From: Cetorhinus maximus
Lineage: Eukaryota
Assembly (NCBI RefSeq): GCF_964194155.1
Contig: NC_135894.1
Coordinates: 71,982,001 to 72,046,000, forward strand
Length of the DNA: 64,000 nucleotides
Direction of reading: 5' to 3'
Part shown: in pieces, positions 25,511-38,545 of the stretch
Position numbering within the stretch: the stretch's first letter is position 1
How the letters are laid out: each line of letters begins with the position of its first letter
Position numbers and translations under genes: made by a program
The notes under the pieces: model-generated
Told to the model about the DNA's origin: nothing
Databases searched by the model: none
What the model saw: the letters and a program-made list of their open reading frames with translations, nothing else

Positions 25511-27054
25511 CTGTGTGCAAAGTAGTCATTGAAGAATTAATAAGCGAAAAACCCTAAAATAGGCAACTTCAAATTCAATTTAACATTTTAGTGGTCGCTG
25601 AAGCAAGACTGGCCATATAGCTTTAACTCTGGAGAGAATTCCTTCAAGTGAGGGTTTTGTATAAAGGGATGTTTATATGGCTGTTGATTTATTGTTCATC
25701 TTGCGTGGTTTGCTCATTGGAAGCAGTTAACTCAACAGGAATGAAATATGTAGGAATATTGTCATTTGCAAGACCTACAGGTTAACAATCAGGTTCCCTT
25801 TGAGTGAATGGTTACCACTTGCGAATTTGATCTTGATCATGTTGCTCTAAGTGTGCTTTAGTGTCTACTTAGCATTAGTAGAGCTCTGATTGATTTCAAG
25901 TGAAGTGCAGTCTGTTGGCTGTTCTGACCAATTGTTCTTGATTATTTTTGCTCAATTGTGGAAATGTTGCAAATAGTATTTACACTATAACTCAGTGTCT
26001 CATTTTTAAAAAATTAACTTTTCTAAATTGGGTGGGCAAATGTTTATGAAATTTTAAAGACATCTTAGAATAGTGAGCTATTAAAATATTGTAGAACTAG
26101 CCTCAAATGCTTCCAGTGGTCATTTGCAATGGTGTATTTTTATATCAAATTCTTCAGTGCCTTTTAACATTTTAGGCAGTTTATTTTTAATGCAACATTT
26201 TTATTTTTGCAGTTCTTTTAAACAGGTTTGTTCTGTCCAGAAAAAAAACACCTGTAAGACTTCATCATTTGAGCATACATCCCTCTAATTTTCAGTGTAA
26301 TGAAGGCCTTGAGGCTAATAGTTTTCCCCATCTTTTCAAAACTGTTTCCTGTTACAGCACAATTTAAGTATATCTACTGACAAAATCTTGACTGTGATTA
26401 TTCTTTTTTTATTATGGATGAAAGGATTTGATATAAACCACAGGCTGTTTTTAAAAAAAACCCAGGAAGCATGTTACAGCCTGGCTGCCAAATGGGTACC
26501 GTGGATTTCTGTAGCCTTTAGTTAAAGCAGTAATAACCACAAGCATGAGATCATTAAAATATGCAGCACGTGTAACTTAAATCAGTGGAAATGAAGATGC
26601 TTATATCTTCAAAGACTAGGCTGAAATAAAATTTGTTTTGAAATTCTCCATCTTAACTATCTAAATTTTCAACAATTGAATGTTATTTTCTTGCAAAGAA
26701 TATTTAATAAACTCTACATAGCAGAAAACCTAATTATTAGCCTCTATCAATTTGGGTGTGACTATTGTTTGTTGGCAAGTGGGTTCACACAAAGTCTAAA
26801 AATAAGGTAAGAGTGTTAGGAGAAAATGTTGAATGATCAAAATTACAATTATTGAGCCATTGCCATCTTAATGCCACTGTTAAGTATTTTACAGCTATGC
26901 CTTTAATACAATTGGTTACTGCCAACTTCAAAATCAATACATATTTTTGTTTCAATTGCTTTTGTTTTTAGAAACCCTTTGGGATACAGTGAATAATATG
27001 GTTTAGTAGCTGTCATGAGGGTAAACATTACTAATATAATTTTCTTTCACTGAA

Positions 27055-27300
27055 TCATAGAATGACCGAGCACAAAAAGAGGCCATTTGGCCCATTGTAC
27101 CTCTGCTGGTTCTTTGAAAGAGCAATTAAATTAGTGCCATAGCCCTGGAAAATTTTCCCTTCAAGCATATTTCCATCTCCCTTTTGAAAGTTATTATTGA
27201 ATTGGCTTCCACCACCCTTTCAGGCAGCGTGTTCCAGATCATATCAACTAGTGGCATAAAAAAATTCTGCACATATCTCCTCTAGTTCTTTTGCCTAATA
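27055..27300 (-). mobile_element. CR1 family B 3' tail fragment
   Basis: atcatagaat..gaggccatttggcccat..ccacccttttcaggcagcgtgttccagat. Confidence 0.7.
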
Positions 27301-27411
27301 GAATGTATTTGGTGAATTTAAAGTCATCTCTCACTATGACTTTAAGATGTATAGTTTTTCACCTCTTGATATTAAACTATGTTGTTTCTTGTGCCAGTTA
27401 CTCTGTTCAGT

Positions 27412-27490
27412 ACTAAAAACAGAAAATGCTGGAAACACTCAGGTCTGGCAGCATCTGAAGAGAGAAACAGAGCTAGTGTTTTCAAGTCAT
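27412..27490 (-). mobile_element. Penelope-like terminal relic
   Basis: aaaaacagaaaatgctggaaacactcaggtctggcagcatc. Confidence 0.7.
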
Positions 27491-28385
27491 TTATATGAAT
27501 TGTAAAAAAAATTGAGGCTCCAGCGCTGATCCCTGTGGCACACCACTTGTTACATCCCACCAACTAGAAAAAGACCCCCTGTTTCCTGTTATTAGTCAAT
27601 CTTCTATCCATGCCAATATGTTACCCCCTACACCATGAACTTTTATTTTCCGCAATAACCTTTCCTATGGCACCTAATTAAATGCCTTCTGGAAATTTAA
27701 GTACAGTACATCCACCAGTTTTGCTTGATCCACAGCACATGTGACTCCTTCAAAGAACTCCAGTAAATTGACTAAACATGATTTCCCTTTCACAAACCAT
27801 GTTGACTCTGCCTGATTGCCTTAAACTTTTCTAAGTGCCCTGCTGTAACATTAACAATAGCTTCTAACATTTTCCTTATGACACTCAACTGGCCAGCAGT
27901 TTCCTGCTTTCTGTCTTCCTCCCTTTTTTGAATAAAGGAGTTACATTTGCTATTTTTCAATCTAATGGAACCTTCTCTGAATCTAGAGAATTTTGAAAAA
28001 TTAAAACCAATGCATCAACTGTTTCACTAGCCACTTCGTTTAAGACTGTAGGATGAAGCCCATCAGGACCTGAGGATTTGTCAGCCCGCAGCTCCTACAA
28101 TTTGCTCAATACCACTTCTCTGATGATTATAATTTTCTGAGTTCCTTTCTCCCTTCCATTTCCTGATTTACAGCTATTTCTGGGATGTTACTTGTATCCT
28201 CTATAGTGAAAACTGATACAAAATACATGTTCAATTCATTTGCCATCTTCTTACTTTTCCGTTATTAGTTCCCCAGACTTACTTTCTATAGGACCAATGC
28301 TTACTTTGTTAACTCTTCTTATTTAAGTATCTATAGAAACTCTTATTATTCGTCTTTATATTTCCAGCTAGCTTTCTCTCGTACC
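27490..28385 (-). mobile_element. CR1 family B internal RT fragment
   Basis: Reverse complement gives GPDGLHP, HG.VKGKSCL, FQKAFN.VP and VTSGVPQGSALEP. Confidence 0.85.
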
Positions 28386-31067
28386 CTTCAGTATGACTTT
28401 CAACAGATTCTGCATGATTGGTATGGATGAAGATGTCTCCTTGGCCCATTTAGTATTTGGTAAATCTCATTGTTTAAAAAAACTACATTTAAGTTTCCCA
28501 ACTAAGTTTATTTATGAAAAACCTTGCAGCGCACATTCTTGATGTCCATCCACTGCTGCTCACATGAAACGCAATTTGTTTCTTCCCCACTAATCCATCA
28601 AATAAGATTGAGGAAAAGAAGCCTGCCATGGGGGCTTGAACTGGATACCAGATAGAGGGATTGTGAATTAGATGCTGGGGCCAACAGTGGACAGCATATT
28701 GCTATGACTCTGTCCTTGGATCCTTACACTAAGAAGGGTGGGAGTGGGGCAAGAAAGAGATGGATGCTATCTATATTTCTGCTGTTTTTTGCTGTCAGCA
28801 CTTAAGCTCGAGGTTGTTGGATGTTTGTGTTGTTCCGTGTTACATTGGACATCACAGAACTTTGAAAAGGACTGCAGTCAGCTTTGACCCATTCATCCCA
28901 AGATGTATGAGAATTTGAAGGCTTACTAATAGAAGCTTCCTAGTGGATTCCTGTAATAATATCTTCAGTGTTCAAAAGAAAAATACAAGAAACCAATGGG
29001 CAAGTTTGTTTTGAATACGGGTTTAAAAATATGACAACTTTTGTTGCCCTTTTTGTTCTGGATAGTTTATTTTTTGATGCTGTAAATCCACCAAGAATTT
29101 GTTCTTAATTTTTACTGATGAGGTACTTAAATGTTTGGTTCACTGGGTAACAGATGGGGTCTGCCTTTTGTTCTTGAAATCCACTGAGAGTTCAGCTACA
29201 GCTCTGTTTCCCTAGATAGTGATTTGAGTTTTCAGAGAAGTTCGCACAGGGCTTATAGGACATGACTGAGGTCCCACAAGAAGTTATGAAAATAATTTTC
29301 AGAGAGCAACTGGCTACTTTGGCTTATTTTATCTCTGGAGTGTTCTGAGTAGATTTTCATTAAATTTAAGGTTTGATAATGTTTTGAAATCACTTGACAA
29401 GTTCCATAATTGGTAGTCAGTGCGGTCATACAATTTCTGACCTGTGACAATTGTACTGATTACTGTTTTTACATATTTTAAGATACAGTGGCCTAATGCC
29501 ATTAATCTGGAAATATTTGCAGTGATATATAATTTAAAAAATTCAGTTATTTTAAATTCCTGTTCAATTGCAAATAATCTCTGTATTTTACCAGTTTTTT
29601 AGGGAAAGGCTGCTGAAGCTTGAAAAACATGGCAAGCTTATGTTTAGCTTTTTTGAATTGATTCTATTTTCCTCTAATTATTTTTCCTTTAATTATTCTT
29701 ATCCCCAGTTAAACCACCAATCGTGTTACTGCACTGTTACTTAATGACTGACAGTCTTATTGCCCTAACATTTTATCAACATACTACAGCTGAAGATGAG
29801 TGGCAAGTGTTGAGAAGTGTACTATCAGTGTAAGAGGAAATGCTGAACTGCAGTTATAATTGTGGTTCTCAACTGTTTAGTTAAAACTCCAAAATGTGTT
29901 GACCTTACCAGTCTTAGCAGACCACTTCACCTAAATTTGTCAAGCAGAAATTGTTTACTCAGCATTTCTCTACTAATCCAGCCATTTTGAAGCTATGTAA
30001 ATGTTTCCCATGATACATAGAAAGTAACTTTAGAGTTTTAGCAGATACAAAACTGTTTTGGCAATTGTTAGATGTAGTAAACTTGGATTGAAGGCATATT
30101 AAAATTTGTGAGTTCTTTTGTATTCATTTGAGTTCATTTCGTATTTATTAATTTGGGTTCAGACCTGAGAGTTGAACAAAAGCTTAATCCAGGAAAACAC
30201 AAACCTGTGTACCTTTGTGATTCTTTTCATGCTGCATTGGTGGTTTTTGGGGGGAAGGATGGGTGTGGGGAGTGCAGGGGTGGAGAGGAGAAACCATGTT
30301 TTTAACACCTCTCTTCCCCTGTGCAAAAAAATCTGTCACACTCGATTCATTCCCAACCATTGTTGATGAATAAATTATAACAATACATATTCGCTTTCCA
30401 TACGAGCTTGAACTGGATCGCTGTGTTTGTTGTTTAAAAAAATAACAATCAAGCTTTGCCTTTTGAATTATGATTGTGTGTTGCACTGAAAACACATTTT
30501 TCCACACCATCAGTTCAATAGTAAATTCTAAAGGTTGAAATCAATTTTGTAAAGGAGAACTGAATCTTTTGCAATGTATGTCAAACTGTATTCAAAATGC
30601 TTGAACCTGCACCACCTAACTTGCATTTTGGACAATATGAACTAATTTTCTTAGAATTTTACTGGCCTTGATAACTAAAGATATAGCCAGTTTACTGTCT
30701 CACAAAGGCTGGTTGTTGACTTGCAAGAGTTCTCCATATTACACAATCAGCATTTAAGAACCTTAACCACAGTCAAGAGTTTAACCTCTGGGATGCAGGA
30801 CATTATACCTTATAAATTGAAATTGTTTCAGTTTTTCATTTCCTAGTAGTTGCTTGCTTTTACTCAGGATGTACCTCAAGACTGCATTTCCCCTTCTTAG
30901 CAACATGTTCCTGAAGCTGGTTAACTAATTTAGAAGCACTTGTTTCTCTTGGTACTTTGTTCAAAGCGTACAGAGAGATGAAAAGAAATGTCTAGATCAA
31001 TGATGCATTTGTTGCCTTGTTTCACAGCAAACACAGAATTAATTTGAACCGGACTAATATTATAATT

Positions 31068-31318
31068 ATAAAAACAAAAAACTACTGCGGATGCTGGAAA
31101 TCCAAAACAAAAACAGAATTACCTGGAAAAACTCAGCAGGTCTGGCAGCATCGGTGGAGAAGAAAAGAGTCGACGTTTCGAGTCCACTTGACCCTTCAAC
31201 AGAACTGAGTATAGTTAGGAGAGGGGTGAAATATAAGCTGGTTTAAGGTGGGGGGCGGGGGGAGAGAAGTTGAGGGTGGGGTGGTTGTAGGGACAAGCAA
31301 GCAGTGATAGGAGCAGAT
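31068..31318 (-). mobile_element. Young Penelope-like 3' terminus with hammerhead motif
   Basis: Homologous to 50227-50450 and 51460-51620; hammerhead-like AGTT-CTGTTGA-A-GGGTC-aagtg-GACTC-GAAACGTC-GACT at 31206-31168. Confidence 0.85.
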
Positions 31319-32249
31319 TATTATATTAATTACATGCTCAGATGGATGGTTAAATGGCTCTTGGGGGATTTTGTTTTCATCCTGTTTTCAGTGGGCCATC
31401 AAAAATGGAACTTGCTTTAACAGTTTAAAAAAAAACTGAGATTGATTGGTGGATACAAAGGTTTGGCTGTAAATGTTTGTTCTTGCCATCTGGAATTATG
31501 CATGCGGAGGATATGGCCAAGCTATCACAGCTACTATCTCTCTGCCTACTTGTTAGATCAGTGAGTTGTGATTCTTTGTGCAACTCCCCTCGATGGCTGA
31601 TACATGAAGATGTAATATCTGATGGAAAGGGCTCTTGATTGTTAATTGACACAATGGTTCTGCTAACAGTTTACTGTACTTTGCAAACAGTTTTTCTTCC
31701 AGCAACTAAACTAAAAGGTTACAGAGTGTAATGCTGAATGTTTTTACTGTAGGAGTAAAGTACATAACTTGTCATCCTGATAAATGGAATAAAAATAATT
31801 TAATTTATTTCTACTTTTAAGTAGAAATTCCTTTCATGCTTTGTATTTTGTGCAATGAAGAGAAATATTTCTCCCTGTATAAGAGCCATATCATGTGGAT
31901 AGTGTGCCAGAGTTACCCTGTTTGAGGGCTGGACACAAATCTCACTATCTGTTCGTGGAGGAACTCTGCCAATTTCCTGACAAATTCACTCTTGAGTCTA
32001 CAGCTTTCTTTTTACCTCCAGCTGTCACAATATTTGTGCTACCGTCAACCTGCTTGATTGTCCTCTTGTCTCTGTCTTCAACACCTTGTCTCCAGCAAGC
32101 CTATCATTTCCTCCCACTTTGTCACTGCTACCGACATAACACCCATCTTCATTCTCTCAAGTTACAAGGCCGCAAACCCCAAATTAAATGGTTCATAGCT
32201 AGCCTAGTCATGAGTCATCAGGCCTTGTTTGAAGGGTTCAGACAAACTT

Positions 32250-33370
32250 AGACTTCCTTTTTCATGACCACCTTTTCCCACCTCAGACACCAAACCTGAG
32301 GAGCTTAACTCCAAGGTCAAAACCATCCATATTGCAGCTTCCTCTCCTCCTCCTGCTCAAAATTCTAACCTCTTTTAATTCTTCTTAGCCACCTTATTCT
32401 AGCCCAGCACTCCAGTCCTTTCAAAGCTGATCACATCCATGAGAACAGCATCTTGATCCCTGATTTTCATTCCGAGCTGTGATGCTAACTGACTGTAATT
32501 GGTTTCTTTCCCTCATCCACCATCTGACTCTTTCAAAGCCATCACCATTGCCATATTTGACCCATCTGTCATCTCCAGTTAGTCCCTTTTTTCCTGATCA
32601 TGTCACAGCTTCCCTGTTCCATGCCTGTGCCTCTCAAAACACTTTAGAATCCTTGCAATCTGGCTTTTACCATTCTCAGAGCACTGAAAGGACACAGTTA
32701 AGTCGTGCCATCCTTGGTGACTGTGGTGCTTAATCTCTCCTTTACTTTTTTGCAAGAATGCCACCCTCCAATATCTCTCCTAGCTCCATGGGACTACCCA
32801 TATATAGTTCCACTTTACATCCAAATACAGCCAATAAAAGTGGAACTAGCTACTCTTCCCTCTACTATGTCATCAATGCCAAGAATCCTTTGTTCCCTCC
32901 TGTATCTTGCCTATATGTTGCCACTTGACATCATCATCCACACTGACTTAGCATGCATGTGCAAGTTGACTATACGCTGCTGTACCTGGCCACTTCTCAA
33001 CCCCTTTACTGCTTCTCTATTGAAAGACTACCTGTGTAGCATCAAATTTTAGATGAATCACATCTCCAATAGCTCCACATTATGCAGATTTCTACCAGGA
33101 AGACTGAAACCACTAACCTCAGTCCCTGCCTATCTATTCCAGCTCCTTGCCCCCAAAGCATCACATTGAAACCCCTTATCTTGATCAATGAGTCCCTCCG
33201 TTGCCTTGACGCACCCTATCTCAACAATCTCTTTCAGCCCTATATGTCCATCTGAAAGCTTCAATCTGATCTCTGGACCTTTTAAGTAACCTCCCCTCAA
33301 TTTCTCTACCTCAGTTGGTGGCAGAACATTCAGCTGCCTTAAAGTTCAATGCTGGAATGCCTTGCCCAAA
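32250..33370 (+). mobile_element. Highly decayed L2-like LINE fragment
   Basis: LESLQSGFYHSQSTE motif (L2-type QSGFR..HSTETAL), pyrimidine-rich composition, tail-like ggtggcagaacattcagc..tggaatgccttgccc. Confidence 0.65.
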
Positions 33371-33384
33371 CGTCTGCACATCTT

Positions 33385-33500
33385 GGTCTCTCTCTCCGTG
33401 TCTCTCTCGCTCTCTCTATTTCTGGCTGTATCTCTCTATGTGCCTGTATTCCTTTGTGTGCCCTTTATTTCTCCCTGTCTCTCTCTCTCTCTCTCTCTCC
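33385..33500. repeat. Degenerate (CT)n microsatellite
   Basis: Direct reading; pure run at ~33478-33499. Confidence 0.85.
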
Positions 33501-36500
33501 CTTTCAAACACTTCATTTCCTATTTTGAATCTTTTCTCGTAAAGGCGCTATGTGAATTTGTGTTGATGGGCAATGAGTGTCTCCTGGCTGCTGATTGTCA
33601 CATTTAGCTGTGCATGTGTGGTCACCAGACATTGCTGCCTGATTTACATTAATAACAGTGAGTGTTGAGGGCTTCGTCATTTTTTACCACGAAATTTGGG
33701 CCATTAATTTGCGGTTGGAGTAATGTTGCCCTGTACCCCCACCTCACTTATGAGAGTCATGAAATCAGTTGCTATTTAATTGCTGATTTTTTTCCTTCCC
33801 CTTCCCACCTCAAAAATATACTTTATTCTTAAAAGTTGTTGCAACTCGTCCAGCAATAGCTGTGTGACAGTTGTAAATGAGACAGGTTCCCTGCTGAGTT
33901 ACCTCTTTCTGGTGGTTGCTTGACAATATTTGGTTCTAGCACTGCTGGGTTATAGAGGGGAAGAATCAATTGTCAATATAAAGTTGCAAGCATTTTTAAA
34001 AAAAAACTAAGGCTTGTTCATTAAATCTGTTTTAACCCAAAAGTAGCATATGGTTTTGAAATCATGGAAATGATGCAAAAAAAAAGAGGAAAGTGTAATA
34101 GTGCACCCTTAAAATAATGATGTAACTGCCTTTTAAAGTGAGAAATATTACAAGTTATAAAGGAAATGCAAAGTGTAGAGATGGTTAGGTTTCTTGTTCC
34201 TTTCTGTTTGGTACTTTCAATTTATAATTTAATATTAATTGACTTGAGTAATGGCTTCATTGTCTCTTATCCTAAGGAAGAATCAGCTGTAAGCGCTAGC
34301 GCAGCCTGCTAATGGCATGTCAAGATGACTAGTTTTGAAGCAATTCAAGTTCCTCTTGCAAACATTAGTAATGGCAGCTAATTCCTCCCCATTTGCACCC
34401 TGAATCGCTTATCAGTTGAGTAATGTTGGCTGGTGAGGGAAGTCTGCTATGTGGGAGAATGCTTGAAATGACTCTTCCATTACAACATGTTTGTGGTTTG
34501 CTCACAACATGAAAGTGAGCACTGTGCTGCTTTCTCCAGAATGGAAGCTGTATATTCATAAAATAATCCTTTCCAGTGGTATTAATATCTTCAATTATTG
34601 TCACTGTACAGTATCACAGTACAATGGGCTAATGGTTTGGAAGTGCTGGCATGCAAGTTATATTTAGAATATTTACAATAAGAAATTTTGTTGTACCTAC
34701 ATTAATTCAATTTGTGTAGTTGCATTGACATTGGCCCTAGTCAACACTGTTTCATATCAGATGTGATCTTAAGCCAGTCATATACATGCCACATGTTTTG
34801 GGTAATGTGGCTAGGTGCCTCCTGTCCTGTTCTTAGCTCACCCATGTTGAAGATATTTTGTAATAATGTGGTATTTGCACTTCTCCGCAGAGTATGTTTT
34901 CCAATTTGCTGATAGTTAGTGATTGAATGTTGTACTGGCAGTTCTACTATCCAGTTCATATTTGGCGCATCTCCAGTTAAGCTGCTGTCTCTTTTAAGCT
35001 GTTAGCTATGACCTGCAATGAAAAGCTATTCATTAGAGATCTGTTAATTTAAATAATAGAAGCATTGTGAGTTTGAAAGCAAAGGGTTAAGCTCTGTATG
35101 GAATTGTGGCCTTAAAGTCAGTAAAAACAGTCAATGGGGACAATTGCAAACTGCTGCTTGCCTAGACTAATGAGCTCAGAAGTCTTTAATGGGTTTTCCA
35201 GTTTACCCTGTTTCTCCAAATTTCCTTTACATTAGCTGAAAAGATACACAATATAGTACTCTCAAGCACCAGAGATCCTCCAGTAGCAGAAGGATGGTTA
35301 TTTTGATGATCCGATGCAGCAGTTTCAAATGGGATCATTTGTTGCTGGCTGTTGAGGTATTTATTTCCTTGGTGTTGGAAATGTATGTTGAGAACTACAA
35401 AACCATATTGGAAAAACATTCACTAAATAGTAGACGGTTGCCTGTATCTTCCCTGTCTCCTTTGTCAGCTGGTGAGGCTGACACTTGTTTACATTGACCA
35501 CACTCAGTGTAGCCTGTAACCCTGCTTGTTTCTAAACTAAAATCATTGCATGTGGTGAAAGCCTATGAATAAATGAATTACGATATCCAGTTTCTAAAAA
35601 TGCTCCCAGGAGGCACTGTGGCGAACATGTTGATTCCTCCATGTGTCACTTGAGAACAATTAATGTAGGATAAATGCCCTACTTTTTCATTCCTTCTTCC
35701 ACAAACTTGTTTCACAAAGCTATGTTGTGAGTTGAGCTACCTGAACTAAGCAGCTTTTAGAAACATTTTGGCAATTAACAAAGGTGATGCCACAAATGTT
35801 GCTGAAGTTGGTGCATCATTATTGGCAATACCAATGCTCAACCCCCAAATCATTGACCTTTCCAGCACCAAAGTGAAAACTTGGCTATAATATCATCTGC
35901 TTTGAGAGAGATTTGGTTTAAACCATCTCTCTGCATGGAATGATGGTATTGTGCAGAGAATTAGTAAAATGACTGAGCTCATTTTCCCATTATTTGAGGG
36001 GTGTTTGAAACCTGAGATGTAGACTCTGAAAGTTTAATTTTAAAAGCATGTTTATACCAGCACTGTAACCTGTGCTGAACAACAGTTATACATCAACTTA
36101 TTAGCAGGAAATTTTATATTTGCAATACCAATTGCATCTTTCTATATCAGATGGCTGACCACAACTGGTATGGTAAACAAAATGTCATCTTTTTTCCTTG
36201 GTATTACAAATGGCAAGTGATTAACACACTGTGACCAACCTGTGTCATCTAGACAGATTGAGAGCCAATTGCCAATGTGTGTTGGTGGAAGCAGGGAGTT
36301 CAGGAGCCACGCTGTTTAATGCTATTAATACTTTCAAAGAATATTCACATTTTCGGAATATCCAAGCTCTGTTCATAATATTTGGTTCCTCCCACTAACT
36401 CAGCTCATGTTTATGTGGGAAGAAAGTTGCAACCAGTTTTATAGAAGCCTTTGAAGAGGCATAGCTTCTGTAATTTGATTGTACATCTTTTGAGATTTAA

Positions 36501-38104
36501 CAGCAAACTTTGATCTGAATTCCCATGTTTTTGCTTTTACCCCACGTGACTGACTATAAATGTTTTGCAGTGTATGGTTTTAAAAATCCAGTTCCTCCAC
36601 TTCCTTGTCAGCTCAGTGTTCATGTTTGACTTTTTCTATGAGTTTGGCATAATTGTCAACATGCCTCGTGTCTCATTGGCATGGAACAGAAGGATCACAT
36701 TCAGACACAAAATTCTGACACGTGTCAAGCTACATCAGGTCTGCGGTGTTTGAAAGCCAATTTGATTTTCTTTTGTTTGTCCGCTGCTATCTGTGAGGGC
36801 TATAAACATTGTGGCCTTCTATTACTGCCACTCCATAACGGCATACTACTACAGAAATTGCTGTGGGGGCAAACAAATGCAGTTAATTTTCCCTATCATA
36901 TCTTCTCTCTCCCTTTTTAATTCAACATTTTATTGTAATGAATGTGCCCTGTAACTCTGAGAACGAGTGCCACGGGGGTGAATCTGACTATGAATTCAAA
37001 TGTGGGCCTCTAAACAGGATTGAGAACTACAGAATGACATGTTTGTAAGAAATTTTAAAACCCTTACAGAGCAGTAATTGTTGAAAATGGATTGGGGCTT
37101 GCCAGAACACACTACAATATTCTTAGCAGTCTGATCATGGGGTCAGATCATTCACTTTCTGGGTCCAGGGGTTTCGATGATTACTTTGCTACAGATATTA
37201 TGGTGTAATGAAAAGTTTAAAATAAATTTCCCTTGTATGCTTGATTCGTTTCCATTATAAGCCAAAAGGAAATATTTCAGCTATTAAAAACTTGCAGAAA
37301 ACACAGTAATGCAAAATAGATGACCAGTAGGCTATGTCTGTTTGTGGCTGTAACTTTTATTAATACAAATAGTTTAGTAACCATCACTTTTTCACAATTT
37401 ATTATTTAGTTTATTTTGGCTCAAAGGTCTTTTTTTCTTTTGTTATCTCATCTTGTTCCTGAAAGATTTTCATTTGGCATTGTTACCTCCCTTCCCAGCT
37501 GAAAGTATACACAATTAATCTGCAGATAGTTGAGAGCAAAGGAATGTGTGATGAATGGATGCTTAAATGGGCTTGATTACTCAGTGAAAGCCAGAATGTG
37601 AATTAAGATTCAACATAAGTGGCAAGTAACTTTTGTAACTGACTAAAATAAACACAGAATTGCAAGAGTTCTGAGTTGCATTGGTAAATTGCTAGATTAG
37701 GGCAATTTACTCAGAAATTATTTTCTTCAGAGGTTACAGTATTAACTCATTTATCATCTTGGGACTAATGTATGAATTTTCAGGTGAATTGCAAAACTTG
37801 AGGGAAATGGGCCAAAGTATAGCTAAGACTGAATTCTGTGCTTCTGAAAAGCATTGAGTTAAGTTATTCCAAGTAGCCTATTCCCAGTGGGTGTAAATTA
37901 ATAGTGTGAAAAAACACACAATGTTTTTAAATGTACAATTGCATTCAGATACAATGATTTTTACTGTTAGTAAATTCACTATTTTGTGAAGATTGGCCAT
38001 CCTTTGTTTGAGTTGGAAGTGACTAAAACCTGTGGGAAACTGCAATCTGTAATCAGCAGCTGAATTGATGGCAGGCCTGGAAAAAACACTGAAAAGAAAA
38101 GGAA

Positions 38105-38545
38105 AGATTTGCATTTCTATAGCACTTTCATGACCACAGGATTTTCACAAATGCTTTATAGCCAATGAAGTACTTTTGAAATGTAGTCACTGTTGTAATG
38201 TAGGAAACGTGGCAGCCAATTTGCTCACAGCAACTCCCAAAAACAGTCATGTGATAATGGCCAAATAATCTCTCTCTCTGATGTTGATTGACCAGTACAG
38301 TGGGTATAACACCTACTCTTTTCAAAGTAGTGCCATGGGACCTTTTACTTCTACCTGAGAGGGCAGACAAGACTTTGATTTAGCATTTCATCCAAAAGGC
38401 AGCACTTCTGACAGTGCAGAACTCTCACAGTACTGCACTAGAATGTCAGCTTTTGATTGTTGTGCTCATGTCCTGGAGTGGAACTTGAACCCGCAACATT
38501 CTGACTCAGGCTAGAGTGCTACCAACTGAGTTGTGGCCTGACACA
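38105..38545 (-). mobile_element. DeuSINE-like, near full length
   Basis: tRNA-like head (ctcagttggtagcactct..gggttcaagttcc on the minus strand), Deu-domain (gtcccatggcactactttgaa), tail ..tgctatagaaatgcaaa. Confidence 0.85.
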
